DNA from: Desulfobacterales bacterium
GTDB taxonomy: Bacteria; Desulfobacterota; Desulfobacteria; Desulfobacterales; UBA5852
Length of the DNA stretch: 64,000 nt
Assembly (NCBI GenBank): GCA_963674755.2
Contig: CAXXVS010000001.1
Span: 448,001 to 512,000, forward strand
Direction of reading: 5' to 3'
How positions within the stretch are numbered: the stretch's first letter is position 1; the number at the start of each line of letters is the position of its first letter. The notes beneath the pieces are model-generated. The model saw only the letters and a list, made by a program, of their open reading frames with translations. It was not told where the DNA came from and searched no databases. The position numbers and the translations under genes were made by a program. Of the stretch, positions 50,534-60,595 are shown one piece after another.

Positions 50534-50923
50534 ACCTTGCCCTTGGCAAGCGATCCTGCAGCCGATCCCAGCCCGACTTTGGGCGTTTAGCGCTAAAGCC
50601 CATAACTATATTAAATCTCAATATATTATTACGCTGAAACAAGGCATGCGGTGTCAGGTAAGGGCCGCTGGAACGGATTTTAGCGGCGACCGTTAATGGA
50701 GGTGGCCGGTTCAGGGCAGTGGAATCGGAATCCTTCATCATTCCCGGGGAGAAAACGGAACCATTGCTTCCTGATTAATATAACAAATAAAAACAATAAG
50801 ATATGGTCATTAAGGGCAGGATCGGTGTTGATTGTCAGGGCGGAATGCGGCGGAAAAAGAACTGTTGGTTCTCATTTTGGAGCGATCCGCAAAATAAATG
50901 AATTATAACAATAGGATATAATT

Positions 50924-50939
50924 AGGCATGAGAGTTGCT
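50924..50939 (+). promoter_or_regulatory. sigma54 -24/-12 promoter
   Basis: AGGCATGAGAGTTGCT preceded by an AT-rich tract. Confidence 0.7.
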
Positions 50940-51002
50940 AATAAGTGAATGCTCCGCGCTGCGGGAGTGTTTTTATACGGCATCTTTAAGGAAAAAGCAG
51001 GT

Positions 51003-51296
51003 ATGCAATCTTTGACGAAACTTCGTGTCGGTCTGCTGGTGGTGATGGCCCTTATGTTAACCGGCGCTGCGGGCCTGGCCATGGCCCCATCCCGCGTGAC
51101 CTTTTTGGCGACGGTGACCGATGGCTATCAACTGGTCGACGATGAGGGGCAGCCCTACGAAGTCGAAAACACCGCCAAGGGCAACGAGCTCGTCCTGAAC
51201 CATGTGGGCCGCAAAGTGGAAGTCACCGGCACGGTTCAGGATGAGGTCGACTACAAGCTTATCGTGGTGGAATCCTATCGGGTGGTGGAGGAATGA
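51003..51296 (+). CDS. small secreted OB-fold-like protein
   Basis: Signal peptide; YQLVDDEGQPYEV..HVGRKVEVTGTV..IVVESY. Confidence 0.7.
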   Translation: MQSLTKLRVGLLVVMALMLTGAAGLAMAPSRVTFLATVTDGYQLVDDEGQPYEVENTAKGNELVLNHVGRKVEVTGTVQDEVDYKLIVVESYRVVEE

Positions 51297-52306
51297 TGGA
51301 TCGGCACAAGATGTTCCTGAAGACGGCGCTTCCCAAACAGGGGGGCTTTGGTGCCGCCGGCGTCATGACCCTGCCGGGCGAGGTGCCCCCAGCACATTAT
51401 CTGCCGCTGCGCATGACCGGCCGCCTGCGGGCCTGGATGATGGACATGGCCTACATCATGGCGGGCTGCATCGTCTTCGTGGTGGGCATGAACGGTCTGC
51501 TCATTCCGCACCAGCTCATTGCCGGCGGTTTGACCGGAGCCGCTCTTCTGCTTCACTATGCCGTGCCGGTTGGCGATGTGGGCGGATGGTATTTTCTCCT
51601 TAATATTCCCCTGCTGTGGCTTGGCTGGCGGTACATCGGCCGGCGTTTCATGGTCTTGACGGCCTTCGGCATGGTGTTTTTCTCCCTGGCCGCCAGCTGG
51701 ATCCCCCTGACGCCCCTGGCCGTGCAGGATCCCATCACGGCCGCCATCGGAGCCGGGGTGCTCTGCGGATTGGGGGCGGGGCTGATCCTGCGGTCCCGCG
51801 GATCGGCGGGCGGACTGGATATCCTTTCGATCTATCTGCGGGAGAAATTCGGATTTTCGCTGGGTTCCCTGGGGTTTGCCATGAACGGGGCCATCCTTCT
51901 GGCGGGCGCCTGGTTTCACGACCTGCAGACCGCCCTCTATTCGGGAATTTTCATTTTCGTGTGCGCCCGGGTGGTGGATGGCGTCCTAGTGGGCATTAAT
52001 CCCCAAAAAATCGTTTTGGTGATTTCCGACCGTTGGGAGGAAGTGGCGCAGACCGTGATGGGTCAAATGAAATGCGGGGTGACGCTTCTGCAGGGTGAGG
52101 GCGGATTTGCCCACCGTGAGAAGAAGGTCATCTGCTCGGTGGTGCGGCTGACGGATGTCCCGCGCTTCAAGGCCCTGGCCCTGGCGGTGGATGCGGGTGC
52201 CCTGCTGGTGGTCAACGATGTCTGCGAAGTGGCGGGCCAGCGGACGTTTGCCGGTATCAGCACCCAGGCTGGCCGCCCTGAAGGAAGTCTGCCCCATGTC
52301 CGATGA
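51293..52306 (+). CDS. YitT-family membrane protein (true start may be downstream)
   Basis: GGLTGAALL, LNIPLL, GSAGGLDIL, GVTLLQGEGGF, VDAGAL. Confidence 0.85.
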   Translation: MMDRHKMFLKTALPKQGGFGAAGVMTLPGEVPPAHYLPLRMTGRLRAWMMDMAYIMAGCIVFVVGMNGLLIPHQLIAGGLTGAALLLHYAVPVGDVGGWYFLLNIPLLWLGWRYIGRRFMVLTAFGMVFFSLAASWIPLTPLAVQDPITAAIGAGVLCGLGAGLILRSRGSAGGLDILSIYLREKFGFSLGSLGFAMNGAILLAGAWFHDLQTALYSGIFIFVCARVVDGVLVGINPQKIVLVISDRWEEVAQTVMGQMKCGVTLLQGEGGFAHREKKVICSVVRLTDVPRFKALALAVDAGALLVVNDVCEVAGQRTFAGISTQAGRPEGSLPHVR

Positions 52307-52449
52307 CCTGCTTTGCTGCCCCCGCGATCCGCACAGCTTTTACCAACGCCGGGTGTGTGAGGAAGTGTTTCGCAACCATTCGATGCGCCGCTGGTGCCGT
52401 GATTGCGTGCATTTCCGTGAATCTACTGCAAAAGAAGGGAGGCCGCCGG

Positions 52450-52818
52450 ATGCTGAGCAAGGAAGATCTTCACTACTTCAGGGAGCTTTTGACCAGCCAG
52501 CTGGAGGAACTCCAGCGCAAGGCGGGCGGGACGGTCAGTGATCTGCTGCTGCTGTCCATTTATGCAGCGGACCCGCTGGATACCTCGGCTATGGATGTCG
52601 ATCGGAACTTTACGCTTCGCATTCGGGATCGTGAGAGCAAACTGATCAACAAGATCAAAGCCGCCCTGGACCGCATCGAAGAGGGAGAATTCGGTGAGTG
52701 TGACATGTGCGGCGAAGATATCGGTCTGGCCCGTCTGCGGGCGCGCCCGGTGACGACCTATTGCATCCGCTGCAAGACCAAACTGGAAAACCAGGAGAAG
52801 CTCGTCAGCGGGTTTTAA
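52450..52818 (+). CDS. dksA: DksA/TraR family RNA polymerase-binding protein
   Basis: GGAGG RBS; DPLD, RIRDRESKLINKIKAALDRI, CDMC..RLRARP.TTYCIRCK. Confidence 0.88.
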   Translation: MLSKEDLHYFRELLTSQLEELQRKAGGTVSDLLLLSIYAADPLDTSAMDVDRNFTLRIRDRESKLINKIKAALDRIEEGEFGECDMCGEDIGLARLRARPVTTYCIRCKTKLENQEKLVSGF

Positions 52819-52846
52819 AACCGTTCTTTTGGAAAGGATACCCACC

Positions 52847-53191
52847 ATGAGCTGGAAATTCTGGCAAAAACAAGATGCGTCCCAAGGCGCCGGGAGTCTG
52901 TCAAAACCCAAGGACCTGCCCGAAGCCGTGGGCCGCTCCCTGGTCATCGATTTGAAGATGGACCCGGACTACGTCTGGTCGCTCAAGGCGGTTATGCGTC
53001 CCCGGCCGGAAAACCGTGACGTCAGGGATTTCCGTGTCTTCAGCCCGTCCCGGACGGACGCCGCCGGCGTGACGGTCCGCAATTTTAACACCCTGAACGA
53101 ACACCCCGATCTTATTCTCCATGAGGGCTGGGTAAACAAGAAGACCAGCCAGGTCAAATTTATCACTCCAACAAACGAAAAGGCAGCTTGA
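52847..53191 (+). CDS. hypothetical protein
   Basis: AAGGA RBS; coherent 114-aa ORF between dksA and HU. Confidence 0.7.
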   Translation: MSWKFWQKQDASQGAGSLSKPKDLPEAVGRSLVIDLKMDPDYVWSLKAVMRPRPENRDVRDFRVFSPSRTDAAGVTVRNFNTLNEHPDLILHEGWVNKKTSQVKFITPTNEKAA

Positions 53192-53193
53192 GC

Positions 53194-53463
53194 ATGAAAA
53201 AGGCAGACATTATCGAATTGGTGGAACAATCGCTCGGCAACCGCGAGCAGGCCCGCAAGGCCGTGGAGGCATTGCTGGAAGGCATTACCCAGTCGCTCAA
53301 GAAAGGCGAAACCATTTCGCTGCGGGATCTGGGAACTTTCAAGTGCGTGCAGCGCAAGGCCCGCCAGGGCGTCAATCCCCGCACCGGCGAGAAGATCAAG
53401 ATCAAGGCCCGCAAGGCGGTGCGGTTTTCGGCGGGCAGCAAACTCCAGCAGGCCGTCAACTAA
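53194..53463 (+). CDS. HU-family DNA-binding protein
   Basis: MKKADII, LGTFK..RKARQGVNPRTGEKIKI.A..AVRFSAG. Confidence 0.9.
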   Translation: MKKADIIELVEQSLGNREQARKAVEALLEGITQSLKKGETISLRDLGTFKCVQRKARQGVNPRTGEKIKIKARKAVRFSAGSKLQQAVN

Positions 53464-53496
53464 AGCATTTCCTCCCGGTCGGAGACACGGATGGCA

Positions 53497-53530
53497 AAGG
53501 GGCCGCACCTGCGGGGTGCGGCCCCTTTTT
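53497..53530 (+). terminator. intrinsic terminator after HU
   Basis: AAAGGGGCCGCACC-loop-GGTGCGGCCCCTTTTT. Confidence 0.8.
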
Positions 53531-53760
53531 ATATCGTCTTTTCCAGCCATAGTCGACGTGGATTTGGTATTGCCGATGCTTTGACAGGGGCGCTACGCGG
53601 CACCGCAGGCAAGCCTCAAGCCCTCATTGGACCGCCGCCTCCCGTGAAATCGGCTTGACGCGGGCCGCTAAATCGCTCTATGCATACAAGGCCGTCGTCC
53701 GCCAGACACCCCGTGATCCGTATTCCGATATTTACCCGGCCCGCCTGCTGTGGAGATCGC

Positions 53761-56385
53761 ATGACGTTGCAACGCCACGTGAGAAACGCTTTCCGATATT
53801 TTCCGGTGCTGCTGGCTCTGGCCGGCCTGCTGCTTTTCCGGCCGCCGGGCACGCCAGCGGCCGAAGAGCCTGAGACGGTCAGTCCGGGGCTTGCGGCCTC
53901 TTCATCCACCGTCAAGGATCTACTCGGAGACGCCCTCGACAGCGAGCGTTCGAACCTGGCGGAAATCGAGGAAGGGCTGAAGCGCTGGGAGGCGCTGAAA
54001 GCCGAGGTGACCAAAGAAATCGAAACCGATCGCCTCCAGAACGCCGTTTACAACAATATGCTGCTGGTGCCACAGACCCGGATCGAGGATCTGCAAACCG
54101 CCCTCAACACCAACCGCCTCCTGATCAAAGACCTTTCCGAGCGGATGGCCGAGTTCGAAAAGATCGGCAACATCGCGACGGAGCGCATGAAACAGCTTGC
54201 GGAGCGTATCGCCATTGCCGAAAAGCAGTTGTCCGACCTGTCGCAGGAGACTCTGCCCGCCGCCGATCAAAGGGAGATGCGCGCGAAGCTCAACAATCTG
54301 CTCGGGATCCTGCGTGAAAAGAACCAGCGGGGTGAGACTTTTCTGCAAAGCTACCAAAAGCTTTTCGAGCAGCTCAAGCGCATGATGGCTGATCTGCAGG
54401 AGACCCGCCGACGGCTGGAAGAGCGCCTGCAGATGCAGGTCAATACCAATCTGTACGAACGAGCGCCATGGCCCGCACGGCTGGGTGGCGCGAACCTGTT
54501 GGCCGAACTCAAGATGATTCGGGAGCGTGCCGCAAACCTCTTGAATGTTTCTTTTTGGCGTCAACAATGGATCAACTACCAGCGCAGCGGAGGTGTCACC
54601 CAAGCCGTTTTTGTCCTTTTGTTTGTTTCCGCGATTATCTTTCGCCGCAGGGTGCGGCGGTACGTCAAATCCGTCGAAGAACGGCTGCCAACCCCATCCT
54701 GGCGGCAACGGCGGTTGGCCCTGGTCCTGCTGCGGCGATCCTTCGTTCTGATCTGCGCGGCGGTCCTCGTGTGGCTTTACGACCGGTTGAAACTCCCCCA
54801 CATGAACATCAGTATGGCACGGTTCCTGAGCCAACTCGTTTTTGTTCTGATGCTGGTACGCTGGGGGGTCGATTTTCTCAACTACGGCCTGAATGCTTCC
54901 GGCCGGGCCGTGCCGACCTACACCCAAAAACGCCTGCTGTTCGCGTTTCAGATGTTGCGCCTGTCGATGATCGTTTTTTTGCTCCTGATTTTGGTGGTTG
55001 GCGGCGATAGCCTGCTGACCTGGATCGCGCGCCTGGCGCTGGAGATCGTATTGCTGGCCTGGACCATCAGCTTCTGGCGCCATCGGCAACCCGTCGCCAT
55101 CCAGGGGGTTCGCCAGGGCGAACCCGGGGCGTCCGGGACCCATGCCCTTCTGGTTCAGGGGTGGAGCTATTGCGTGGTCGGTGGTGCGCTTCTGATGGAA
55201 TTGACGGGCTATGGGACCCTGGCGGCCCACTGGCTGGTGTCATGGGGCAAGACCGTTGCGCTGGGCTTGTGGGCCTATATCGGGTGGGGCGTCATCCACG
55301 AATGGTATGCCGCCCAAAGGGTGGCGGCCAAGGGGGGCGAAGACGGTGTCGCCGTCCCGGTGGCGGCGCCGGTGGGCTGGTTCATGGTCCAGATGGCCCG
55401 GCTGCTCTGGCTGGGGACTCTCCTGGCGGGGGGGCTGCTGGTCTGGTCAAGCACGGACTTCATGATCGCAACGCTGGCGCGGTTTTTCAACCTGGCGTTT
55501 GCGGTGGGCAGCCTGACCTTCAGCATCAAAAGCCTGCTGCTGGCCTTGATCATCGTTTGCCTGACCCATGTGGCCACACGTCTCGGGCAAAACCTTTTAC
55601 GTCAAAAGATTCTCGATGCACGGGATTTCGAACGGGGCCTCCGGGACTCTATCGTTTCGATAACAACCTATGTCGTTTGGGGACTGGGCCTCCTGTTGAC
55701 GCTGGGTGTTCTGGGGGTCAACACCACCTCCCTGGCGGTGGTCTTCGGCGCCCTGAGCATCGGCATCGGCTTCGGCCTGCAGAATATCTTCAACAATTTT
55801 ATCAGCGGCCTGATTCTGCTTTTCGAGCGCCCGATCCAGGTGGGCGACTATGTGGAGGTGGGCGGCCTGTGGGCCGAAGTCAAGCAGATCAACGTGCGCT
55901 CCACCATCGTACAGACCTTTGACAACGCCGCGGTCATCATTCCCAATTCGGACTTCATCAGCCAGCAGGTGACCAACTGGAGTTTCAAAGATCCCCGTAT
56001 GCGCCGCCAGGTGAATATCGGCGTGGCCTACGGTTCCGACGTCGAACTGGTGCGCCGGACCCTGCTGGATATTGCCGCGCACGTCCCTGCTATCCTGAAA
56101 TATCCCCGCCCGGACGTCCTCTTTATGGATCATGCCGACAGCGCCCTGCTCTTCCGGCTGCGCTTCTGGACCCATGTGGACAATTATTACAGCACCACCA
56201 CCGACGTGCGCTTCGAGCTGGACCGGCGTTTCCGCGAACTCGGCATCGAAATTGCCTTCCCCCAGCGGGATCTCCACATCCGCAGCATCGATCCGAACAT
56301 TTTCCCCCAGGGCTCGCCCTCCGGGTCCTCCCCTGTTCCCCCCGAACCCCCGACCGTGCCGGCGTCACCCGAAGAAGACGTCTGA
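53761..56385 (+). CDS. large MscS-family (MscK-like) mechanosensitive channel
   Basis: Signal peptide, periplasmic coiled coil, many TMs, GIGFGLQNIFNNFISGLILLFERPIQVGD, IIPNS. Confidence 0.9.
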   Translation: MTLQRHVRNAFRYFPVLLALAGLLLFRPPGTPAAEEPETVSPGLAASSSTVKDLLGDALDSERSNLAEIEEGLKRWEALKAEVTKEIETDRLQNAVYNNMLLVPQTRIEDLQTALNTNRLLIKDLSERMAEFEKIGNIATERMKQLAERIAIAEKQLSDLSQETLPAADQREMRAKLNNLLGILREKNQRGETFLQSYQKLFEQLKRMMADLQETRRRLEERLQMQVNTNLYERAPWPARLGGANLLAELKMIRERAANLLNVSFWRQQWINYQRSGGVTQAVFVLLFVSAIIFRRRVRRYVKSVEERLPTPSWRQRRLALVLLRRSFVLICAAVLVWLYDRLKLPHMNISMARFLSQLVFVLMLVRWGVDFLNYGLNASGRAVPTYTQKRLLFAFQMLRLSMIVFLLLILVVGGDSLLTWIARLALEIVLLAWTISFWRHRQPVAIQGVRQGEPGASGTHALLVQGWSYCVVGGALLMELTGYGTLAAHWLVSWGKTVALGLWAYIGWGVIHEWYAAQRVAAKGGEDGVAVPVAAPVGWFMVQMARLLWLGTLLAGGLLVWSSTDFMIATLARFFNLAFAVGSLTFSIKSLLLALIIVCLTHVATRLGQNLLRQKILDARDFERGLRDSIVSITTYVVWGLGLLLTLGVLGVNTTSLAVVFGALSIGIGFGLQNIFNNFISGLILLFERPIQVGDYVEVGGLWAEVKQINVRSTIVQTFDNAAVIIPNSDFISQQVTNWSFKDPRMRRQVNIGVAYGSDVELVRRTLLDIAAHVPAILKYPRPDVLFMDHADSALLFRLRFWTHVDNYYSTTTDVRFELDRRFRELGIEIAFPQRDLHIRSIDPNIFPQGSPSGSSPVPPEPPTVPASPEEDV

Positions 56386-56569
56386 AAGCGGGCCTGGAGC
56401 GCATGGCCGTTGCTTCGCCCGTGCCGCTGCCGGAAGAGATGGGGGAGGGCATGGTTGCCATGGGTCGACCGATACAGTATAGATCCGGCAGCACCGGGCT
56501 GCACCAATTCCATACCCCGGAATGATTCACGTTGCATTAAGCTGACCGCCATAGGCCGAAAGCCGACCC

Positions 56570-59158
56570 ATGACAGCCGCCAAACTGCCTGACATATCCC
56601 GGTCTGCCGATACCAAGCTGGGAACCTTTGCCGGGGTATTCACGCCCAGCGTTTTAACCATTCTCGGTATCATTCTCTTCCTGCGATTGGGCTATGTGGT
56701 CGGAGAGTCCGGTCTGGCGCGCGCGCTCATTATCATCGCCCTGGCCAACACGATTTCGATCCTGACCAGCCTTTCCCTTTCGGCCATCGCCACCAACCTG
56801 CGGGTGAAAGGCGGCGGCGACTATTACCTGATCTCGCGCACCCTGGGGCCGGAATTCGGGGGGGCTCTGGGACTGGTGCTGTTCCTGGCGCAGTCCGTCT
56901 CGATTGCGTTTTACTGCATTGGCTTCGGCGAGGCCCTAGCAGCTATCGTGCCGGCGGGCTGGGCCCTGAGCCCGCGCCTGGCCGCGGCCGGGGCGGTGAG
57001 CGCCCTGTTTGTCCTGGCCTGGCTGGGGGCCGACTGGGCCACCCGTTTCCAATACGGTGTCATGGTCCTGCTGATGGCCGCCCTGGCTTCCTTCTATGCC
57101 GGGGCCTTCCAGCAATGGCAGCCCCAGCAGGTCGTGCTGGACTGGTCGACTTCCAGCGGCGCCCAGCCTTTCTGGGTGGTCTTCGCCATCTTTTTTCCGG
57201 CCGTGACCGGCTTCACCCAGGGGGTCAGCATGTCCGGCGATTTGAGGGACCCCGGGCGCAGCATCCCCCGGGGCACCTTCCTGGCCGTGGGCATTTCCCT
57301 CGTGGTCTATTTTTCGGTGGCGGTCCTGTTTGCCGGCGTCCTGCCGGAGGAGGTGCTGCGGACCGACAACACCGCCATGAGGGGCGTGGCGCGTTGGGGC
57401 GTTCTTGTAGACGCCGGGGTGGTGGCGGCCACCCTGTCTTCCGCCATGGCCTCCTTTCTGGGCGGCCCCCGTATCCTGCAGTCCCTGGCCGCCGATCGCA
57501 TCTTCGGCTATTTGAACCTGTTCGCCAAGGGCGCCGGACCGGCCGCCAATCCGCGGCGGGCCGTTCTGCTTTCGGCCGGCATTGCCTATACCACCGTGGC
57601 ATTGGGCAACCTGAACCTGATTGCCCCGGTGGTGTCCATGTTTTTTCTGATTTCCTACGGGCTGCTCAATTATGCCACCTATTTCGAGGCCCGCGCGGAG
57701 AGCCCCGATTTCCGGCCGCGCTTTCGCTGGTTTCACCCCTGGCTGAGCCTGGCGGGGGCCCTGGGATGCCTGGGGGTCATGCTGGCGGTGGATTACATGG
57801 CCAGCATCGTCTCCTTGGCCATCATCCTGGCGGTTTTTCAGTACGTGAAGCGGACCGCCGGCCCTTCCCGCTGGGCGGACAGTCGGCGCGGCTACCACCT
57901 CCAGCAGGTGCGCCAGCACCTCCTGGCAGCCGCCGAGGAGCCGGAGCATGATCGGGACTGGCGACCGCTGCTGCTGGCCTTTTCCCGGCGCCCTGAGCGG
58001 CGGGCCAGGCTTTTGCAGGTCGCCCAGTGGCTGGAGGGTCGCAGCGGGATGACCACCCTGGTCAGCGTGCTGGAAGGCCGCGGCCCTGAAATGCGGAAAC
58101 AGCGCGAAGAGGCCGAAAAGGAATTGATCAGGGATATCCAGGGCGGCGGGTTCCGGGCCTTTCCCCTGGTGGTGAGCACCGACGACATCGAAGACGGGAT
58201 CCATCATCTGGTCCAGGCCGCCGGCATCGGTCCTTTGCGGGTCAATACCATTTTGACCAACTGGATTGCGGAAGATCCTTCATCGGACCAGGGCTTTCAG
58301 GAACTTCTTTTCGGCCGCAACCTGCGGGAAGCTTACCGCCAGGGATGCCATGTCGTGATCATGGCGGCGGACGATGCCAAATGGGAGCGTCTGGCCACGG
58401 ACACCGTCCCGCAAGGCATGCTGGATGTCTGGTGGCAGGATGATGCCACCGGACGCCTGATGCTGCTGCTGGCCTATTTGATGACGCGCCATGCACGCTG
58501 GCGGGAAGACCGGCTGCGGGTGCTGATCCCGGTACCGGAAACCGATGCTGCCTCCGACGCGCTCCTGGAAGCGGTCAACCGCGCCCTGGAGGACTATCGC
58601 ATCCAGGCGGAAACCATCGTCATCCAGGCGGCGGCCCGTCCTTTGGAACCCAACATTTTCGAGAAGAGCGATCTCCTCCTCCTGCCCTTTCGCTTTCAGG
58701 GCAATCTGATTCGCCTGCCCTTCGACGGTCCGGTGGACGAGACCCTCGGGAGGCTGCCCGGGACCATGCTGGTGGCCGCCGCCCGGGATATCGACCTGGA
58801 TCCGGCGCCGGAAGAGGGGGAGGCCGCGGCCCGGGCGGAACTGCTGGACCGCCTCGAAGAGCTGCAAAGCCGATACAAACGGGCCGAAAAAGAGGCCGCT
58901 CTGGCAGCGGAAGCCGTGGTCCGAGTGCGCCAGGAGCTCATGGAAATGCTCGGCGCGGAAACCGGATTTATCGATCTGAAAGCCAAAAAGGAGCTGGACC
59001 GTGAGGTCGAGGCGGCCGAGCAGGGGGCCGAGAAGACGCGGCGGCGGGCTCTGAAGCTGATGGCCAAGGTGGCCCAGGCACAAAACGCCGCCGAAGAAGC
59101 GGGTTTGATGGCGCCCCGGGACGGGGAGGATGAAGGAGGCGCGCCGTCAGATGCCTGA
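56570..59158 (+). CDS. SLC12/cation-chloride cotransporter-family permease
   Basis: KLGTFAGVFTPS.LTILGIILFLR, GGGDYYLISRTLGPEFGG, FAIFFPAVTG, SGDLRDP, WRP.LL C-terminal domain. Confidence 0.88.
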   Translation: MTAAKLPDISRSADTKLGTFAGVFTPSVLTILGIILFLRLGYVVGESGLARALIIIALANTISILTSLSLSAIATNLRVKGGGDYYLISRTLGPEFGGALGLVLFLAQSVSIAFYCIGFGEALAAIVPAGWALSPRLAAAGAVSALFVLAWLGADWATRFQYGVMVLLMAALASFYAGAFQQWQPQQVVLDWSTSSGAQPFWVVFAIFFPAVTGFTQGVSMSGDLRDPGRSIPRGTFLAVGISLVVYFSVAVLFAGVLPEEVLRTDNTAMRGVARWGVLVDAGVVAATLSSAMASFLGGPRILQSLAADRIFGYLNLFAKGAGPAANPRRAVLLSAGIAYTTVALGNLNLIAPVVSMFFLISYGLLNYATYFEARAESPDFRPRFRWFHPWLSLAGALGCLGVMLAVDYMASIVSLAIILAVFQYVKRTAGPSRWADSRRGYHLQQVRQHLLAAAEEPEHDRDWRPLLLAFSRRPERRARLLQVAQWLEGRSGMTTLVSVLEGRGPEMRKQREEAEKELIRDIQGGGFRAFPLVVSTDDIEDGIHHLVQAAGIGPLRVNTILTNWIAEDPSSDQGFQELLFGRNLREAYRQGCHVVIMAADDAKWERLATDTVPQGMLDVWWQDDATGRLMLLLAYLMTRHARWREDRLRVLIPVPETDAASDALLEAVNRALEDYRIQAETIVIQAAARPLEPNIFEKSDLLLLPFRFQGNLIRLPFDGPVDETLGRLPGTMLVAAARDIDLDPAPEEGEAAARAELLDRLEELQSRYKRAEKEAALAAEAVVRVRQELMEMLGAETGFIDLKAKKELDREVEAAEQGAEKTRRRALKLMAKVAQAQNAAEEAGLMAPRDGEDEGGAPSDA

Positions 59159-59188
59159 AGACATTGAAAGGGAGGCTATACGGACGGG

Positions 59189-60574
59189 ATGGTGATCACG
59201 AAACGCATCATGAGTGTGGTGATGGTTCTGCTTATCATGGGGGGCGCGGCCCTGGCGGCTGATACGGCTGGCCCGGCCAAGCTTCCACCCAACGCGGACA
59301 ACCCGACACCCGCCACGGAATCGCCCCTTGATATCCAGGATAAACCCATCGACCGGGCCGGCCGGGTGGTGGGCAAGGATATCGAAAAGATAGGGGATAC
59401 GGCGGCCGCCAAGGTCGGCTCCTGGATCACCGCCGAGGCCTTTTACGGGATCCGCTGGTTCAAGCTGCTTCTGTGCCTGGCGGCCGTGTTCGGCGTCTTC
59501 TTGTTCGAGCGGATTCTGCGCCTCGTCATCAATACCAAAATCAAAACCATCCCCCACCAGGAGGGCATCATCTCCTGGCTGCGGATGTTTTTTCAGGCCG
59601 CGGCCCGGCCATTGTCCCTTACGATCTGGGGATACGGCACCTACGCTGCGCTCACCCCGCTTTTCCCTTATTTCCAAGCGGCCCAAGGGGCCAACGCGGT
59701 CCACGCCGTGGCCCAACGATCGACCGATATTGCCGGCACGGTGGCGGTGGTCTGGTTTCTCTATAACATGGTGCAATTGCTCGATGAGCGCCTCAAGCGC
59801 TGGGCCCTTTCCACCCCCAGCGATATCGACGAAATCCTGGTGCCGCTGGTCGGGAAATCCCTGCGGGTCTTTATCGTGATCGTGGGCGGCATGGTGGTGA
59901 TCAAAAACATGACCGGCATCGAGATCGGCCCCCTGCTGGCCTCGCTGGGGATCGGCGGCTTGGCGGTGGCCCTGGCGGCCAAGGATTCCATCGCCAATTT
60001 CTTCGGCACGTTGACCATCCTCTTCGACAAACCCTTCCAGGTGGGCGACCGTATCGTGATCGACAACTACGACGGCACGGTCGAAGAAGTGGGCTTCCGC
60101 AGTTCGCGCATCCGCACCCTGACCGGTCATCTGGTGACGATTCCCAACGAGAAACTGGTGAACTCCACGGTCGAGAATATCGGGAAACGGCCCCATATCC
60201 GCTGGCTGACCAATATCGGCATCACCTACGACACCCCGCCCGAAAAGGTCAGCCAGGCGGTGCGCCTCCTGGAGGACCTCCTGGCGGATCACGAGGGACA
60301 GCATCCTGATTTTCCGCCCCGCGTGTTCTTTAACGGATTCAACGACTGGAGCCTGAACATCATGGTACTCCTGTGGTATCATCCGGCCAACTACTGGGAT
60401 TTCCAGGTCTTTATCCAGCGCACCTGTCTCGAAATTCTCCGCCAATTCCAGGAGGCCGGGATCGATTTCGCCTTCCCCTCGCAAACGGTCTATGCCGCCG
60501 GGGACGACAAGCGTTTGCTGAAACTGATGCTGGCCGGGGCGCAAGCCGACGTCCCGGCGGCGCCGGAGTCTTAA
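59189..60574 (+). CDS. MscS-family mechanosensitive channel
   Basis: GIGGLAVALAAKDSIANFFG..DKPFQVGD, GTVEEVGFRS, TIPN, FAFPSQT. Confidence 0.9.
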   Translation: MVITKRIMSVVMVLLIMGGAALAADTAGPAKLPPNADNPTPATESPLDIQDKPIDRAGRVVGKDIEKIGDTAAAKVGSWITAEAFYGIRWFKLLLCLAAVFGVFLFERILRLVINTKIKTIPHQEGIISWLRMFFQAAARPLSLTIWGYGTYAALTPLFPYFQAAQGANAVHAVAQRSTDIAGTVAVVWFLYNMVQLLDERLKRWALSTPSDIDEILVPLVGKSLRVFIVIVGGMVVIKNMTGIEIGPLLASLGIGGLAVALAAKDSIANFFGTLTILFDKPFQVGDRIVIDNYDGTVEEVGFRSSRIRTLTGHLVTIPNEKLVNSTVENIGKRPHIRWLTNIGITYDTPPEKVSQAVRLLEDLLADHEGQHPDFPPRVFFNGFNDWSLNIMVLLWYHPANYWDFQVFIQRTCLEILRQFQEAGIDFAFPSQTVYAAGDDKRLLKLMLAGAQADVPAAPES

Positions 60575-60595
60575 TCCGTTCGGGAGAACGTCGCG

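Noticed and set aside
53565..53580. Sixth sigma54 site TGGTATTGCCGATGCT before the MscK-like gene
   Set aside because: Spacing fits but both half-sites deviate from consensus and it is about 180 bp from the start; too weak to call
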